Positions 45,562 to 59,700 of a DNA stretch of 64,000 nucleotides are shown in pieces. The stretch comes from Phoronis australis (lineage: Eukaryota > Animalia > Phoronida), in NCBI GenBank assembly GCA_002633005.1, contig NMRA01000139.1:756816-820815 (forward strand). The letters run 5' to 3'. The notes under the pieces were generated by a model. That model made no database searches. It saw only the letters and a list, made by a program, of their open reading frames with translations, and had not been told where the DNA came from. A program made the translations under genes and the position numbers. Every line of letters begins with the position of its first letter. The stretch's first letter is position 1.

Positions 45562-48500
45562 AGGAGAATACCACCCGGATTTGAAAGGTCTTGTTACCTT
45601 CTTAATCGGTTAACATTCACATCACCTCGTATGCGGTCGATGGTCAGTGGTTCTTCTGCAGAATGAGTGCCGCTGGTGTATCGTTCCCGCTTGTGCGAAC
45701 TATGAAGCTGAGAGGTAAGGCGGGTATAGCGTTTTTTCGATTTCCTTACTTCAGAAGTGGCTTGCGGCAGTGAATAATGAAAAGTATGCCGTTAATACCA
45801 AATATATGAGNAATCAGTGAAGATTCACCGATATTTTTATTCTGTCGTCTGCTAGATTTTGCCAAATAAAAAGTAGGTCACAACTGGTGGAACTCCCAGA
45901 GTAAAGTAGCTCATAGATTACAGACAATTCATGCACTATAGTCTCTGACTAGGTCGACACGACAGCACTGTTTACGCTTTTCTAATCTTGTAACGAAATA
46001 TTTTGATCAAAAAAATTCAGGTTTATAGCTCATGTACACATTCATCTCGTCCTAGGCAAACAGCAAGCTCCGGCGGGGTAGGTCTAGGGCTGTGTCTAAG
46101 TCAGTCAAGTTAATGTCTGGAACTCAGTGGCGGATCTAGGATACCACAAGGGTGTCCAACATGTTGCCTCGTGGAATTGGTCAAAGTGCAATTGTATGTA
46201 CACAGGCGGCCCGAAAGTTGCAGGGGCCTGGGATGCAGACCTTTGGACCTTCTGTTCGGAAAATCTATCGGTGGAATAAAAAAAAAACAGGAACACGATT
46301 CCGCCGCGATCTGGGGTCTGAGCCCCCCCTCCCTCTTCCGCTACCGGTCCTAGTTACTGAACTCAATATTTCCTCACGCTTCACGCTCTTGCTGTTTCAT
46401 TTTGCTTGCGCCTATGGAATTGTCCGCTTGCACCATAAAGACATTAAAATTAGGCCTACCTTCTTACGAACTTGGCATTTTTTTGTACTTTCATTCCATA
46501 AAGGTAACTTTCATTTAATTTTGAAGGTAGCATAATTACTAAGTCGTGGTATGGTTACAACTTGAAAGATTACAAAAGTCTGGTGTGGTAGTTGAAAAAA
46601 TAGGGTATTTACAAAAATAACTCAAATTCTTTTTTAAAGCTTCATAAATCTAAATATCATGTCTGAACAACTTCAAAATGAGCTCTGTCTAACTCTACAG
46701 ACACAGTGTATACTAGAGGTACACGCCAAAAAGGAATTCAACAGTTTATGTTCAGTGACAACAGCTCGACCAAGGCTTTGAGTTACCGGCAGTAATCCAG
46801 TGCCCTCGATCCCTGTGCAGATCGAGTCTCTGAATTTTAACGGGGAGAGAAGTTCATTTGAACGCCAGCCTACGGGCTTATGAATAACAAAAACGTACAT
46901 CTGTTAGGTTGAAATAAATAAAAAAATAAAATGAAAATGTCCTTGAAAACTACAATTTCCGGGGACTATACCGCTAGAGAGCTGAGATCCAGCAGATGTC
47001 GAGACAAAGGCGGCCAGACGTATACTAAACTCGGGAGTCACAATCTGAGATAGCCCTTCACCATAGCCACCAAGCTGAAAAGTGCGTATCTTGGAACTAA
47101 TACATTTGTGTTTATTATAGCCTTCGAGTTATCAAGCAACATCGCTAAGTTCAGCTGCTCGTGTGGCCGTACAGTTTGATTCATAGTTTACGCTTTTCAA
47201 CATCATTTTTCGGCTTAGGACATGCCAAAAATGAAGGGATATTATTCTGGTGCAGCATAACGGCTGTCGGTGCTACACACGCCATTTCAACACCGTTTCC
47301 TTATTCTTAGCGGACAATTTCTTGAGCTACAGACTAAAGTAAGTTTTACTAGACTACGTGTGGTTTGTCGGGTATAATGGCGGCTTGGAAACGCAGACGA
47401 AGGTGTGCCAAGAATGCTTTGTTCTGATTGGTCAATTAAGCCGTCCGGCATAATCCTGGCGATAGGTCAATTACTGCGTTACCGGCTTTAGGTGCAATAT
47501 AGCTAACTGACCGGGCATCAAGGTCGTCTTACCGCAGGCTAATTCAGTGTTTGCTCACAGAAAACTGTTCTGAAACAATACATGCAACTCGAATTTATAT
47601 GCTATGGTCAGATGTTAGGGGAATCTTTATTTAGATATAGTATATTATTTGAATCATTGTTTTTGTACATGTTTTGCCCGGAACTTAATTTAAACACTTG
47701 ATGGAGCTGTACTCAGCCGCCTTTTCAGTTGATCTCCTACTGTCCTTAAGGGTTTCGTCCCTAAACCTAGACCACCTCTAGTAGGACGGACAACAGAGTT
47801 GATCAGGCTCTGCATGAAGGTTGTTGGTGGTGTTGATGTTGGTATTTCATCCAAATCCAACAAGATGCCTGTTCAGCTTCAGAGGTTACGTTGCGCAGCA
47901 GAGCCTTCTTTCCTGACACGGAGACGCCAAGACACCTCGCCATGGTAATGACCGAACTGGCCGGAAAACCCCGGCAGCCGACATCTCCAGCCGTTAACAT
48001 GACAGTCATTCCTCAGGTCTGCGTACTTCAAGTTCTTTCGCTCTTGTGCCTCTTCCACCCTAATCTCCCACGGGATAGTGAGCTCAGTCAAGATGACCTA
48101 TTGGGAACTGTCCGAGTAAATAACCACGTCAGGACGCTGCGTCGTCTGAACAATGTGTTGATGGAAGAATGATTGGTGACAGGCAAGGTCTGCCCACCCT
48201 CTCAATTCGTTGACTGTGTTTAGGATGCCTTTGTGCGCTGGGGTCTTCCTTTTACAAGCCTCATCACCACTTCTTATGAAATTGATGCGGTGGCTTCTCG
48301 GCTTCGGTTTGCTCTTGACCTCGTCAACCAACATCCTTGCAAAAACTTTCAGTATCTGGTTGTGTCGGTAAGTGTACCTTCCTGATGCCAAAAAGACGCT
48401 TCAAGATGATAGGATGTGCTCTAACGTACATCTGCGTCCACACTGAATACAGCTCGGGCTGTCAACAAGGCCCCAAGTAGCAAGGTTGTTGGGAGTAGGC

Positions 48501-49385
48501 AGTACGTCGTAAACAGATCTAATGAGGAATTTGGCTTTCAGAGGAGACATCTTCCACAAATCAGCTCACTTGAATTCCCTTTGTAAGACTTTGTCCCACT
48601 TGATCCATGCTCCCTGTTGGCCCATCTGGATTGCTCGGGCGTACCTTTCTTCGTTCCCTGATGATCTAACCTCCCTGATTATTCTGTCTCTGCCCGGATC
48701 TTTAGATCTTTCCCTAGCTGGTTCACCGGTCTTATAGCCCAGCCCTTGCCTACACTGGCAAGCTGTTCCTACCAACTGCCTGTGCCTCAGCCGACTCTCT
48801 GCTTCACTGATCGGCAAGGTGGTGGACCACTTACTTCCTGTGCGTGACTGGTTATTGCATCCCCTGGTGGCCTGGTCAGATATATTCCGCAGAGTGATGC
48901 TGGCTCGGACTTTGGTAACTTTGTATTCTTCTACCACAGAAGAGACTGGCAGTACAATTTTGACGACTTGCAGTATAGTCCGACGTTGCTGAATGACGCG
49001 GGTATTCCAAGCCACCTTCGAATGAATCGGCTTGCTACCCTTTCCATTTCTTCAGCTGAGGATCACGTGACGTCGTAGACAAGCAGTGGCCACATAAGCT
49101 TCGGGAACAAGATGAACTGATTGCACCAAGGCTTGAACCTTCCGAGTATGACATCTTTGTCGTTCTGTGGAACGGGGACCTGATAACGCGGCCCCCATCA
49201 ACTAAGTCGATTTGCATTTCCGGGGCTAATTCACCAAAATAATCCCACACACAAGATTTTTTGTCTCAACATTATTGTGTTTTCTTGTCTGTAAATTTAG
49301 TTTCCAACTTTGGTTGGCTTATGCTCATGATGGCTTCAAACCGGCCGCGACGGGCCTGATCGGGTTTCAAGCAACTGGGAAGCGA
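45562..49385 (+). mobile_element. Kolobok-like element copy 2, fragmented
   Basis: TTAA|AGGAGAATACCACCC left end, with a THAP remnant to about 45810. Internal pieces at about 47475-47685 and 49240-49385 match 55050-55540. No right TIR seen. Confidence 0.65.
47690..49030 (-). mobile_element. 5'-truncated non-LTR retrotransposon with restriction-like endonuclease (Hero-clade-like), decayed
   Basis: Minus-strand fragments: SSVVEEYKVTKVR...TGSKW...AESRLRH...GLGY...QQGAWIKWD; FLIRSVYDVLPTPNNLATWG...CIQC...TLEHILS (CCHC knuckle); GRYTYRHNQIL; RPDVV...ELTIPWE...ERKNLKY (PD-D/ExK); GCRGF...AEQASCWIW. Several stops and frameshifts. Confidence 0.88.
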
Positions 49386-50044
49386 TGCACGGTACAAGAC
49401 CTCAAACCTAAAACCACAGGTCACGTGAAAACAGACATGATAGTTATCCATTTCAAGATGTACATGTAATTGATTTTCGGAAGATATAGGATAGGGAGTA
49501 AACAAATAGTCTAATGGATATTTGTCACGTACCCTTTGCCACGCCATTGGGCTTGGATTGTAATCTTTAACTCACTAACCAGTATCGAGTTAAGCATTCA
49601 GCATTCATTGATGTAACTGTCACTGATAAACCTGTTAGAAATCATTCCAAACAATAAAACTGCTTTGATGAACAAAAAGTTCCCGAGTGCTACGTCAAGC
49701 ATCGTAACACACATTACAACAAACAAAGAGTAACCAGACTGGCGACTGCCGCGAAGTCGACATCGGCGAGTACCTCAGTTAGCAGGCATCAGTAGAATAA
49801 ACATGGAACAATCGTTAAAATAATCACGAACCTTATCTTTGTATAAGGTAGTGCTTACTTACTCTCTTAGAAGCACCCTTTTCACGCAATCTCAGATTCA
49901 GTTGGCACGGCAACAAGCCATTTCACCATCTATTTAAATAGCTCGCGAAATCGAGGTTCTTAATCTATCACGACTAGTACACGCGCGCCCTCTAGTTAAT
50001 GCAAATTTTCCGAATAGCCCCCTTGTGTTGGTTCCCCGCACTCT

Positions 50045-50303
50045 TGAATTCACTGAAGAGCAGACGGGATGATTGCACTCTGCAGGGAACAATATTTGTA
50101 TGGTTGGTGGGTCTTTGATTTGATTTGGTATCGTTTTATTATTGGTCCTACAATTCAGCGCGTGTTCTGCGTTCAGATGGAGTCAAGCTTGAGTACATGT
50201 ATAGACAGGGTCGAGGGGGTTGTGGGCTGTAGGGCAAGGGGTTGTGGGTCGTTGGTCGAAGGTGTTGTGGGTCGAGGGGGTCGAGGGGGGTTCAGAACAA
50301 ACC
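50045..50303. mobile_element. Right part of the element family at 3768-4580
   Basis: ATTCACTGAAGA, GATTTGATTTG, ATTGGTCCTACAA, the GGGTCGAGG array and the terminal AGAAC.AACCC all match 4290-4580. Confidence 0.75.
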
Positions 50304-50636
50304 CTTTGAATCCGAGCAATTAGATTCGCCTTATGACTGATTTGAGAAGATAATCCTAATTTTGACGTATGGTGGTTAATAATGGTGCGTGTGTTTAATG
50401 ATTGCGATATGTACAGCACTGAATTCTACGCTTTCAGCATGAGGACTCCCAACTCCGTTTATTAAGGTTTGATTTGTCGACTACGGTACATTGTTTCTTT
50501 CATAAACAATGATCATCTTCGTCTTGCTAGTTTATTGAACGTGTCGCGTGTTTAAAAACATAATGCCTTACATGTCAGAGTGTCATGCTATCGTGCTGAA
50601 AATAGGCAACGTACATAAAAGTCCATTTTTGTACAT

Positions 50637-50718
50637 ATGCTCATTATACGTGATTTTTGGATGGTATCGTTTTTCAGCATCTTCAGGATGACTTTTAATG
50701 ACCGGCTGACACCCTACA
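50637..50718 (+). CDS. Gene C exon 1, putative signal peptide
   Basis: MLIIRDFWMVSFFSIFRMTFNDRLTPY + A|gtgagt. Confidence 0.8.
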
Positions 50719-53700
50719 GTGAGTATACTGTCCAATACCGACCTTTTAAACTAGGCAATATAACTAACATAGCAATAGCATAGCTTGTTACCAATATACC
50801 CCTTCAAATGCTTAACCAGAGTTGGTTAGAGCTTAGTCAGGGTCGACAATATACTCCTGTTGGGCTCTGTCTTGGTTTTCGTTGAACAAGTACTCCGTTC
50901 CTACAATGAATTGTTGGTTTTTTAGGTTTTAGAATGTGTATAATGATTTGATAACTCAAAATCTAACCATGCACGCACTTATTTTGGGAAATAATTGAGA
51001 AATTTTAAATTTTAAAGAAACACGATTATTTGGTTTCCAGCTGCGTGATGTCCTTAGCTTCGACGTTGATCAGTCGATAGCACAAATGTGTTTGCAATGG
51101 CGGACAGTAGTGATTTTGTGAGTTACTTACACTTGGAAAGAGAGAGAGAGAGCTTTACTAGTATTGTGAAATCAAATATGGAGATGGGTTGAACAAAACA
51201 GTATGGCCATAGGTGAAGCAGGTAATGACAAAGACTTCGCTATATCGGCTGACCTCGTGTTTGAGGGTGTACTTACTCGACCCATCAGCAATGGTGTCTT
51301 CGGCAATTAAAGTCGAATCGGTGTCTATTAAGTCTGCGGACAGTCCTTTTGTCGAATCACGATTTAGTTTGCAAATCACTTCAGTGCCGAGTAATATGTG
51401 TCTCGAACTGTAAATATAAGCCTGGCTTTCGAAGCACAGTCGCCAAGAGCAGACATTGATTTTTTCTTCAATTGCAGAGTGCTTTCACAGAAATGATCAT
51501 GCAAAATTGAAATGATGCTAACTGGATTTTAATTCTGGTAAATGGCTTTTGTTTCTCTCTTGTCTTTTCCAAGCTCACGACTGCTGTGTAACGCTGTTAT
51601 CCGTCCATTATCTCTGTCCAGTGTCCGACTCCGACCTCTGTACTGGCTCCGGTCTTGACCTCAAGTTATTTGAGTGGCATCTACATGTATGTCTTATATT
51701 CTGGCCAATTCCATTGGGGACGGACGTACAATCAGAGAAAATTTTGATCAATTGTGAAAAAAATGTTCCTCCTAGGAAAACAATTTCTTTTAAAGACTTC
51801 ATTCAGAATGTTCACTTGGCGGATCACATCCTATATATATGTACGTGCGCGTTAGTCTGCAAGTTTTCCCTAGTAAAAGAAACAATTTTAAATGTGACGA
51901 TTTATTATTTGAAAAGAGATAACAAAAATGAAAACAAGGGTAACTTTTCATTGAACTTGTAACATCTCCTGAAAGTAGTTAAATAACAACAATATTTGAT
52001 ATTGTAGTTATCGAGGAATCGGCGCCTGAGTTGCAGACGATATAATATTTAGCAAATGAAAACCGAGACAGAACTGTAATATAATCAACAGTTCTGTACC
52101 AGATGTTACGATTGAGACCGGATTGTATGTTGACCGTTATAACTGCATTACTTTAAGCTATTTTCTGAAAGTTTGGTGATCGAACTGGCTAACGATATCG
52201 AGTCCTCATTGACCTACCTTTGAACTTTCCATGTCAGAGGTCACTGTTGAAGTGGTGTGGGAGGTAGTATTTCCCTTGACAGAATCAAGGCGTATGGGAT
52301 AAAAGGTTATATTTTTTGACTGAAAAATTGTAATTTCATGGGTGTGACGGACTTACGTGACGCAAATACAAAGTTCCAGTACCTCTGTCACGCAATTTCT
52401 GACTTAACGAATAATCCCTAGGATCTATTGTCAATAACATCGAGTAACAAGTTAAAAGACAATCTGAAATTATTCTAATTTTGATTGAAAACTTTTAACG
52501 TAATTATACTTTTAAACACGTTTTTGAAACCTACGTACATGTACGGCACCAAGAAACCCAGGAGTAGACATTTGATCTCAATTGGTCAATGATGTGCTAA
52601 TGTTGAAATGTTATTTTTTATAAAGTTTGTGGTTCATAGAATTGCACAAATCTGATTGTATAGTGAAATACCCTAGTTGGCTTTTTATGACAACAATTAG
52701 CAACACAAATGAAAACCGAGTTAATTTTTTAAGTTCAATCGACCCCCAAAATGGGTCCATTTAGCCAAAAAATTGAAACGCTATAGAACAATCAAATATG
52801 GGTCCTGAATCTAGATTGAATGGGCTTTCAGATGAGACTAAAATGTCAGCGTAGTCTCAAATTATTTTTTTTTCTGCCTTGAGGTTGACCCTTGCACGGA
52901 ATTGTCATTCTACTATTCGGTTATGAAGTGTACATGTACCTGGAACAAGAATAGGCTCATGGAAACTTTGCAAATCACCCAGTAATGGTATAACATATTT
53001 TTTTACACTTACACATTGGAGAAACCTTCATCAATTCTCCGATTCAGCGACGGATCGAAGCACGGTTCTTCAAAACCCGCGTCTGACGCACAAACATGAG
53101 GCAATTGTGGGCAATATTAGGGTCTTTTGGCAACTGAAATATTGTCTGACATGACAATTGCTTCTACAACATCTTCCCGGCATATACAACTTTTCACAAT
53201 ACTCAGTTGAACTGGTGTAGAACAGCTCAAACACAAAGACCAGATTCACTGATGCCGTCACACAGAAACTAAGCTTTTTCATACTTTTTCATTTAAATCT
53301 TGATAAAATGTACACAGATTCAAAAAGAAATAACTAAAACATCATAGCCAAATTGTTGGTAACCGAATTCAAACAGTTGTGACCATAGCGAGAATGAGGA
53401 GTGTTTAAAGACAATACTTGTCGCACTGTATTTATTTTAAGCTCTGACGTATACATGTACTCTACACATCACGCGCGCCATCTTGTTTACTGAACGATTC
53501 AATTAGAACACCCCTTCTTAAGCGAAGTGATTTATCTATCGCTTATACATGTAGATTTCAGCTCCTCTGTCAACCCACTAGCGATTCTAGAAAAAATGTT
53601 ACAATAGTTTTACAAGATTTTGCAGAAATGCTACAAAACGTATGTTATCATTGACAAATTCACAATTTTTTTCAAAGGCTCAAGTTTTGCTTTCGCCACA

Positions 53701-56700
53701 AGCATTGCAAGAAAAACATAGCTCCATACTTCACATAAAAATCAAAAGCTCTTCATGCGCCACTGGTTTGTTGACCGATCGTTTGACACAGTTCGATGAA
53801 TCATTGGATTCTTGTGCGACTTTACACGTCTCGTACCTATGAGCAATGAGATATCTTGGTACGGTAGACACATTTAGCTCATCGCTAGGAGTGAGTAAAC
53901 AGAACAAAATATCACAATTGCGCTAGTAGGCTGCAGGGTGTACATGTATAACACTAGAGACTATAGAATCAATTTTGAAACCAATTAATTTTGGTGTTTT
54001 TTGTTTGCTTCTAACATGACTCTGCCGTCAACATTATATTCAGAAAAATGTTTAAGTTTCGTGTGTCTGTCCAACTGGTAATCTGGTATCCTTTTTCAGA
54101 CGATGGACTTTAATAGAAATAAAGTTTGCTCAAAAATTCTGTTTCTGATTGTGAAACACTCAAAACTACCATCAAAGTGAAATCACTACTGACAATTTGT
54201 TGTGAGCTGTGCGCATCACAGGATTGCAAAACGAATAACAATGAAGTGGAAGTTTGGTGAACGTAATTTGATTCATGGCGCTCTAGGCTGACTCGCCTAA
54301 TTTAAAGGCGATTGCCAACCGACTTAATTAGTATTTTTCATCGTCTCAATCGGACTCTATCCACATCGCTTCTTATACGGTCGACATTACCTTCTCGTGA
54401 GGTGCCTCATTAACCTAGGAGGAAGGTGAGAAGCGACGCAGCGACGTCAGTGGTTCGTCTGCAGAGTGAATGCGGTGTATCGGTTCCCACTTGTCCGAAT
54501 TATGGAGCTGAGAAGAAAGCGGGTATATCGTTTTTTGACTTCCCCGAGAGCCCGAAATGGTTAGGAAGTGGCTTGCGGTAGTGAAAAAAAAGAAAGGTAT
54601 GCTGTTAATAGCAAGTATGAGGCCGTGAAACACCTCCGTGTGAGTGGCCGGCACTTCGTCGTGAGTGATTTCTCTGACGAATTCCGGCTTACCAAAGAAC
54701 TATCCATACGTTCCGTTGCCTATGCATGTTCACGGCGCCTCTCTACAGTAGTATTTCTTGATCAGTGTATTCCGTTTCGAACTGATAGCCTGTGAAACCT
54801 AACGATGCGACCCTTGAATTCATCGTCGAATGACCTATTGACTAAAGTCGGGATTGGCGCCGGGCGAGTTGCCGTGTAGACGTCTACTATTCTGCGTTCT
54901 GTTTCAAAATGAATTATTCTCACCGTAAAATGATCCTAACCAATGCTTATATGAAACTGAAGCAAAGTCTGTCTCATTAGATACAAAGTGTAATGCCTTG
55001 GAGCGCTCGTGAGTGCAAATGTTTTGATGAGACAGCAATGAATAAACCACTGCGTTACCGGCTTTTGATGCCCCCAACAAAGGTAATTGACCGGGCACCG
55101 AGGCCGTGTGAGCGCATGCTAATTTAGTGTTTGCTGACAGAAAGCTGTTGTGAAACAAGTACTCGATTTATATGCTATTGTCACATGTTAGGGGAATCTT
55201 TATTTAGAAATACAAATACATTATATTATTTAAATCATTGTTACTGTTCAACCTTTGGCCTGACGGTCTGTGTACGGGGCCGATTTCTCGACCCCCGACA
55301 AGTAAGTAGATTTTCAGTTTCGTGGCCAATTCACATAAATAATTACGCGCTCATCATTTCTTTGGCTCACTATTATTTTCTTGACTGGAGGTTTAGTCTC
55401 CAACTCAAGCTGGTTTATGTTCGTGCCAGGTTGGGCGGCCGCGACAGGTCTGATCGGGTTCCGAGCCACTGGCCAGGATAACGTGTCAGTCCGGCCGCGA
55501 CGGGCCTGATCGGGTTCCGAGGAACTGGTCGGGATAACAAGCGTTTTGTGTGTTAAGAACTCAAAAAATGACAAGTACGAACAGCACATATCTTGATTCT
55601 CATGTCTGTATTTCACGTATGAATACTTCAAATTTATCTTCGAGCAGACCCCAAACTCCTGCTACGGACCTTGTTAAATTGGCCCGCTGAACTCTGTAGG
55701 TCACGGTGTGTCCAAATACCAATAAATCCGTAACAGCGAAATAAAACAACACGTTTTTATTAGAACTCGGGTACTTTTAAGGGTTTTATATCGAAGTTTG
55801 ATGATTTATTGGTGTTAAACGATGAATTCAAGCGATAAGCTGACACCAGTAACGCGAGTGAACTGCGGAACAGAATGCGTGTGAAACCAATTACGTCATT
55901 GGATAATTTCAGCACCTCCGTCTGCCGTCAGGTGTCAGGTAACGCAAACGAACCTGCCGTTATCGAGTAGAACTACTCAATCTAAATTGGTGCAAAATAG
56001 ATTGTTTTTGGGTGGCATTCTCCTTTAATTGTAGTATAAGGAACTGACTACATCATTTTCTCGCCGCTTACCAAGTTTCTTAACTCGCTCAAACATGCAA
56101 TGGCATGAGTTTGTTTCAGAATTCATATGGCCAGCTTTCCCCAGATCCTTACAATGTTTTATCATATTTACCCAGCTGTGCAGCATATCTACTCTTTTTG
56201 GGGGGCATATATTTCCCTAAATATGCGTGGAAAGCAATGAAGCGGTCTTAGCCATGGACACCAGAGAATGTTTAATTCCGTCTTTTCTGGTTTCCATGAC
56301 GTTCCTTCAAGCAAACCTTGCCTTCAACCGAGTTACATCGCAGACTGGGCAGAAACCAGGAACCACAGTGAAAGACTGGGGATCCTCTATGAAAGCTGTC
56401 GACGGAAATCCCAACCCAAACTTCGAAGGACAGAGCTGCACACACACCGACAACGTAATGAAACCGTACTGGAGGGTGTGGGTAGGAAGGTTTGGTCGCA
56501 AATCGAACTTGCCGGTTCATTACGTGATGATTACAAATAGAATCCTAGCATGTGAGTAAAATAAGTATAAGTATATTTAACCAATATCAGTCCGGTACAA
56601 GTTTGTGTCACACTAGCCAGTTAACCAAGGGGATTGTTAAACAGGGCTGAACGTCAGTACCATGAAATTATGGCGGGAGGTATAGTCACACGTACCGCAC

Positions 56701-59700
56701 TGTAAGTGTACATCAAATACTGACCTGGTCACATACCGTATACTATAAGGTGACAGTACGCAATTAATCTTGACACTGCGAATAAAACTGCATGGAAACC
56801 ATTCTCGAGAAAATTGCGACCGACGTCTTACGAGTGTTATTCCGCATTTTTTGTTTTTCCTATAAAGGTGTATCTTAACGAATTTGGCTGATCTTCACCA
56901 AACGAAACTAATTTTATTATGTCGTCATTTGAGTCAAGTCATTACTTGCAAGTTTAGGATGACGGACCACCGATTGGTTATAGTCACAATGAGTTGAAAA
57001 GAAGCCAATTCCATTTATGACCTGACAGTTATTGACCCACCAGTACCGACCACATCTGAATTTGTTATTACTGGATGTGCTCAACAACGAAAGACGGATA
57101 CGGTACTGCTCAGCACTATCTCTGGCCGATTCATCTGGCCACACAATTGTGTCTGTTTCAATGTGGGGTCGATTTGATTACAAAAGAGTATCTCCCACCG
57201 GAAATTGCTTTACTTTTTACAATAGATTTCAACGGTGGCGTTATCCCGTCAAATAAAACTGCCTATTATGGCAGTGGCGGGTCTAGGACGTGGCAAGGTG
57301 GGTGTAACGGGGCTCGATATAAACCAAACTGCTGGTAGCTATATCAAACTATTTATTTCGCAGATTTCAATCATGTAACAAATAAAACAATATTTACAAT
57401 GGGATAAAACCAGTTACAACTCACGGTAGATGATTTCCATACTAAAATTAGCTTTGCCACATGACATGTTCAGTGAAACTCACAGTTAGCAATCTATTAC
57501 CACACAGTTTACACATACTAGAATATATTAACAACAATAAGGCAACACCTATTGAGTCAATGTGAGTTATATGATCCTCGGCTACCTTTTGATTAAGGAT
57601 TCTTGAATGAAATACAAAATTAGTACGTATTACTAAAGTGTCAACAAAATAGAGCCACACCCAAACGGAACAACATGGCCGCCAATCATTACCCGTACAA
57701 TCTAATTCATCAAAACCTGATTTCATCTCATGATATATGATAGAAAGCACAACAGACTGGACTTACATGACGAGTTCCTCATATAGATATTAACAACATC
57801 AGAAGTATATAAATTACAAATCTCACCTAACATGGCAAACAGCTGCTCCAATATACAACCTTTCCCATACACTGCAGAAACAATAATGCCGTCAAAATCA
57901 GGGCCCGGTCTCCAATCTCCGTACTCAGACTCATACTCATACTCGAGATTTCATACTCAAAATCGTGCTCACTGGAGTCATACTCAAAAATTCGTATCTA
58001 ATGTCGTATTTCGAGTAGACTCCAAACGTACTCAAATCTGACACTCATACTCGAGTTGCTATGGAACTCTTTATGATGTGAAATGCAAAATCACGCAAAG
58101 CCGCGCTGATTCATCGCTCACTATTGGAATAGACCACCCCAGGAACTAGGCCTACATTATCGTCTGCTGTCGCTACAACTACAAGAGTATGTCTATAGCG
58201 TGGAATTCTGAGTGTTCTGTAACTGTTTTAGTTTCAATAAATATTCTTATGCCATTTCTTTGATACATTTGGCAATTATTAAGCTTTACTTCTTGAGTTC
58301 CTCACCCAGTCCCGNAACTGAGTACGTGCTCGAAATTTGGAGTACAGATTTTTCGAGTATGACATTGAATACACCAAAGCTGAGTCTGTACTCGAGTTGA
58401 GTATGAAGTGTGAGTTTGAGCATGATTCGAGTCTGAGTACGGAGATTGGAGACCGGGCCCAGGTCAGGATTGGTACCTCTGTTGGAGTGAACATAGAACC
58501 GGCATGAGCTAGTTACCCACACATCTACTATTTGAAATTACCACCCACAACAATGCCCCAACAAACCAGCAGCTACGAATGGTCTATCGGTGACACTTCC
58601 GGTGCCCCAAGCCAGAGAACCTTGGTTCAAATCCCGATGAACATTACTAATTTCTAAAATATATAAAATACAACACTATCATATAGGGGGCCAAAATCAT
58701 TTTGAAGAAATATGTAAACTGACCGCCCAAAAGCATGTTGAAGAAATTTGTAAACTGACCGTGGTATGTGTTTGCATTGTGTTGTTTATCATTTGGTCGT
58801 GGGACTGACCAGGCAGAGAAGTCTTCCTATGGACTTGCAATCTCCTATTATAATATACGTGGATAACATGTATTGATCTTAGATTGATTCTTTGACCTTG
58901 TATAAATGTGGAGAAATGTAAGCAAAGTAATTGACTTTCGCGTGAAGTGTTTTTAACCTTTGACAAGTAGAGTCTACATGTGTTTAGTTGGCCGCTTACA
59001 CAATTTCGCCGTGTACGTGGTGCAAGCAGGCAGACCTGAACGACATTTATGTTACCACTTCCACGGGGTGTTTCCACCCGGTACCCGACTTCTGAAGTGC
59101 AAGGACGACACGCCAGAAGCCGCATTGGTAGAGATTAAGCTTCTTTCTGACAAGAAAGAGATACTTACGCTATGCGAAGTGGCGGTTTTTGACGCTTATC
59201 CAGGTAAGCTGAGGCACGAGGAACATACATTGGATTTATCAAACAGGGTGCCACCGGTTTTAAAAAAGATGGTCGAAAGCACTTGCCTAATAATGAAATG
59301 AAGTGCACATGCTCGACACGTGAATTTCCGGATGTTATTTGCATTTGACGAATTGGCGACAGGTCAGAAAAATTCTCACTTCGTTTTTTTTCCTTTCAAA
59401 ATTACAATCACAAAATAGAAACTTATGCGATAGATAGCTAACGGAAACGTTCTGAAAAGGGAATATTCGATGTTATACAAGCCACTTTTTGATAAAAATC
59501 CTCTTGTCAATTGAGACACATGTTGATCCCAAACTCGTCATTATCTGTACGGAACAGTGACACGACGGGGAAACAGACCACCAGCAAGTGGTCTTCTGAC
59601 ATGTCAAGACCATGTAACCACCGACAATTTCCATTGCTTAATTTTAATAAGACGTAGATTCGCTTTGCAAAGAGGCGTTATATTCGCCTTTCACATAGGT

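Noticed and set aside
47720-47790. Hammerhead-like GAAA...CTGAAAA words in the 3' UTR of the RLE LINE
   Set aside because: The core is not CUGANGA and I could not build the three stems.
26637-50637. Start codons of genes B and C are exactly 24,000 bp apart
   Set aside because: Other exon offsets differ widely and the intervening DNA is full of independent insertions, so this is a coincidence.
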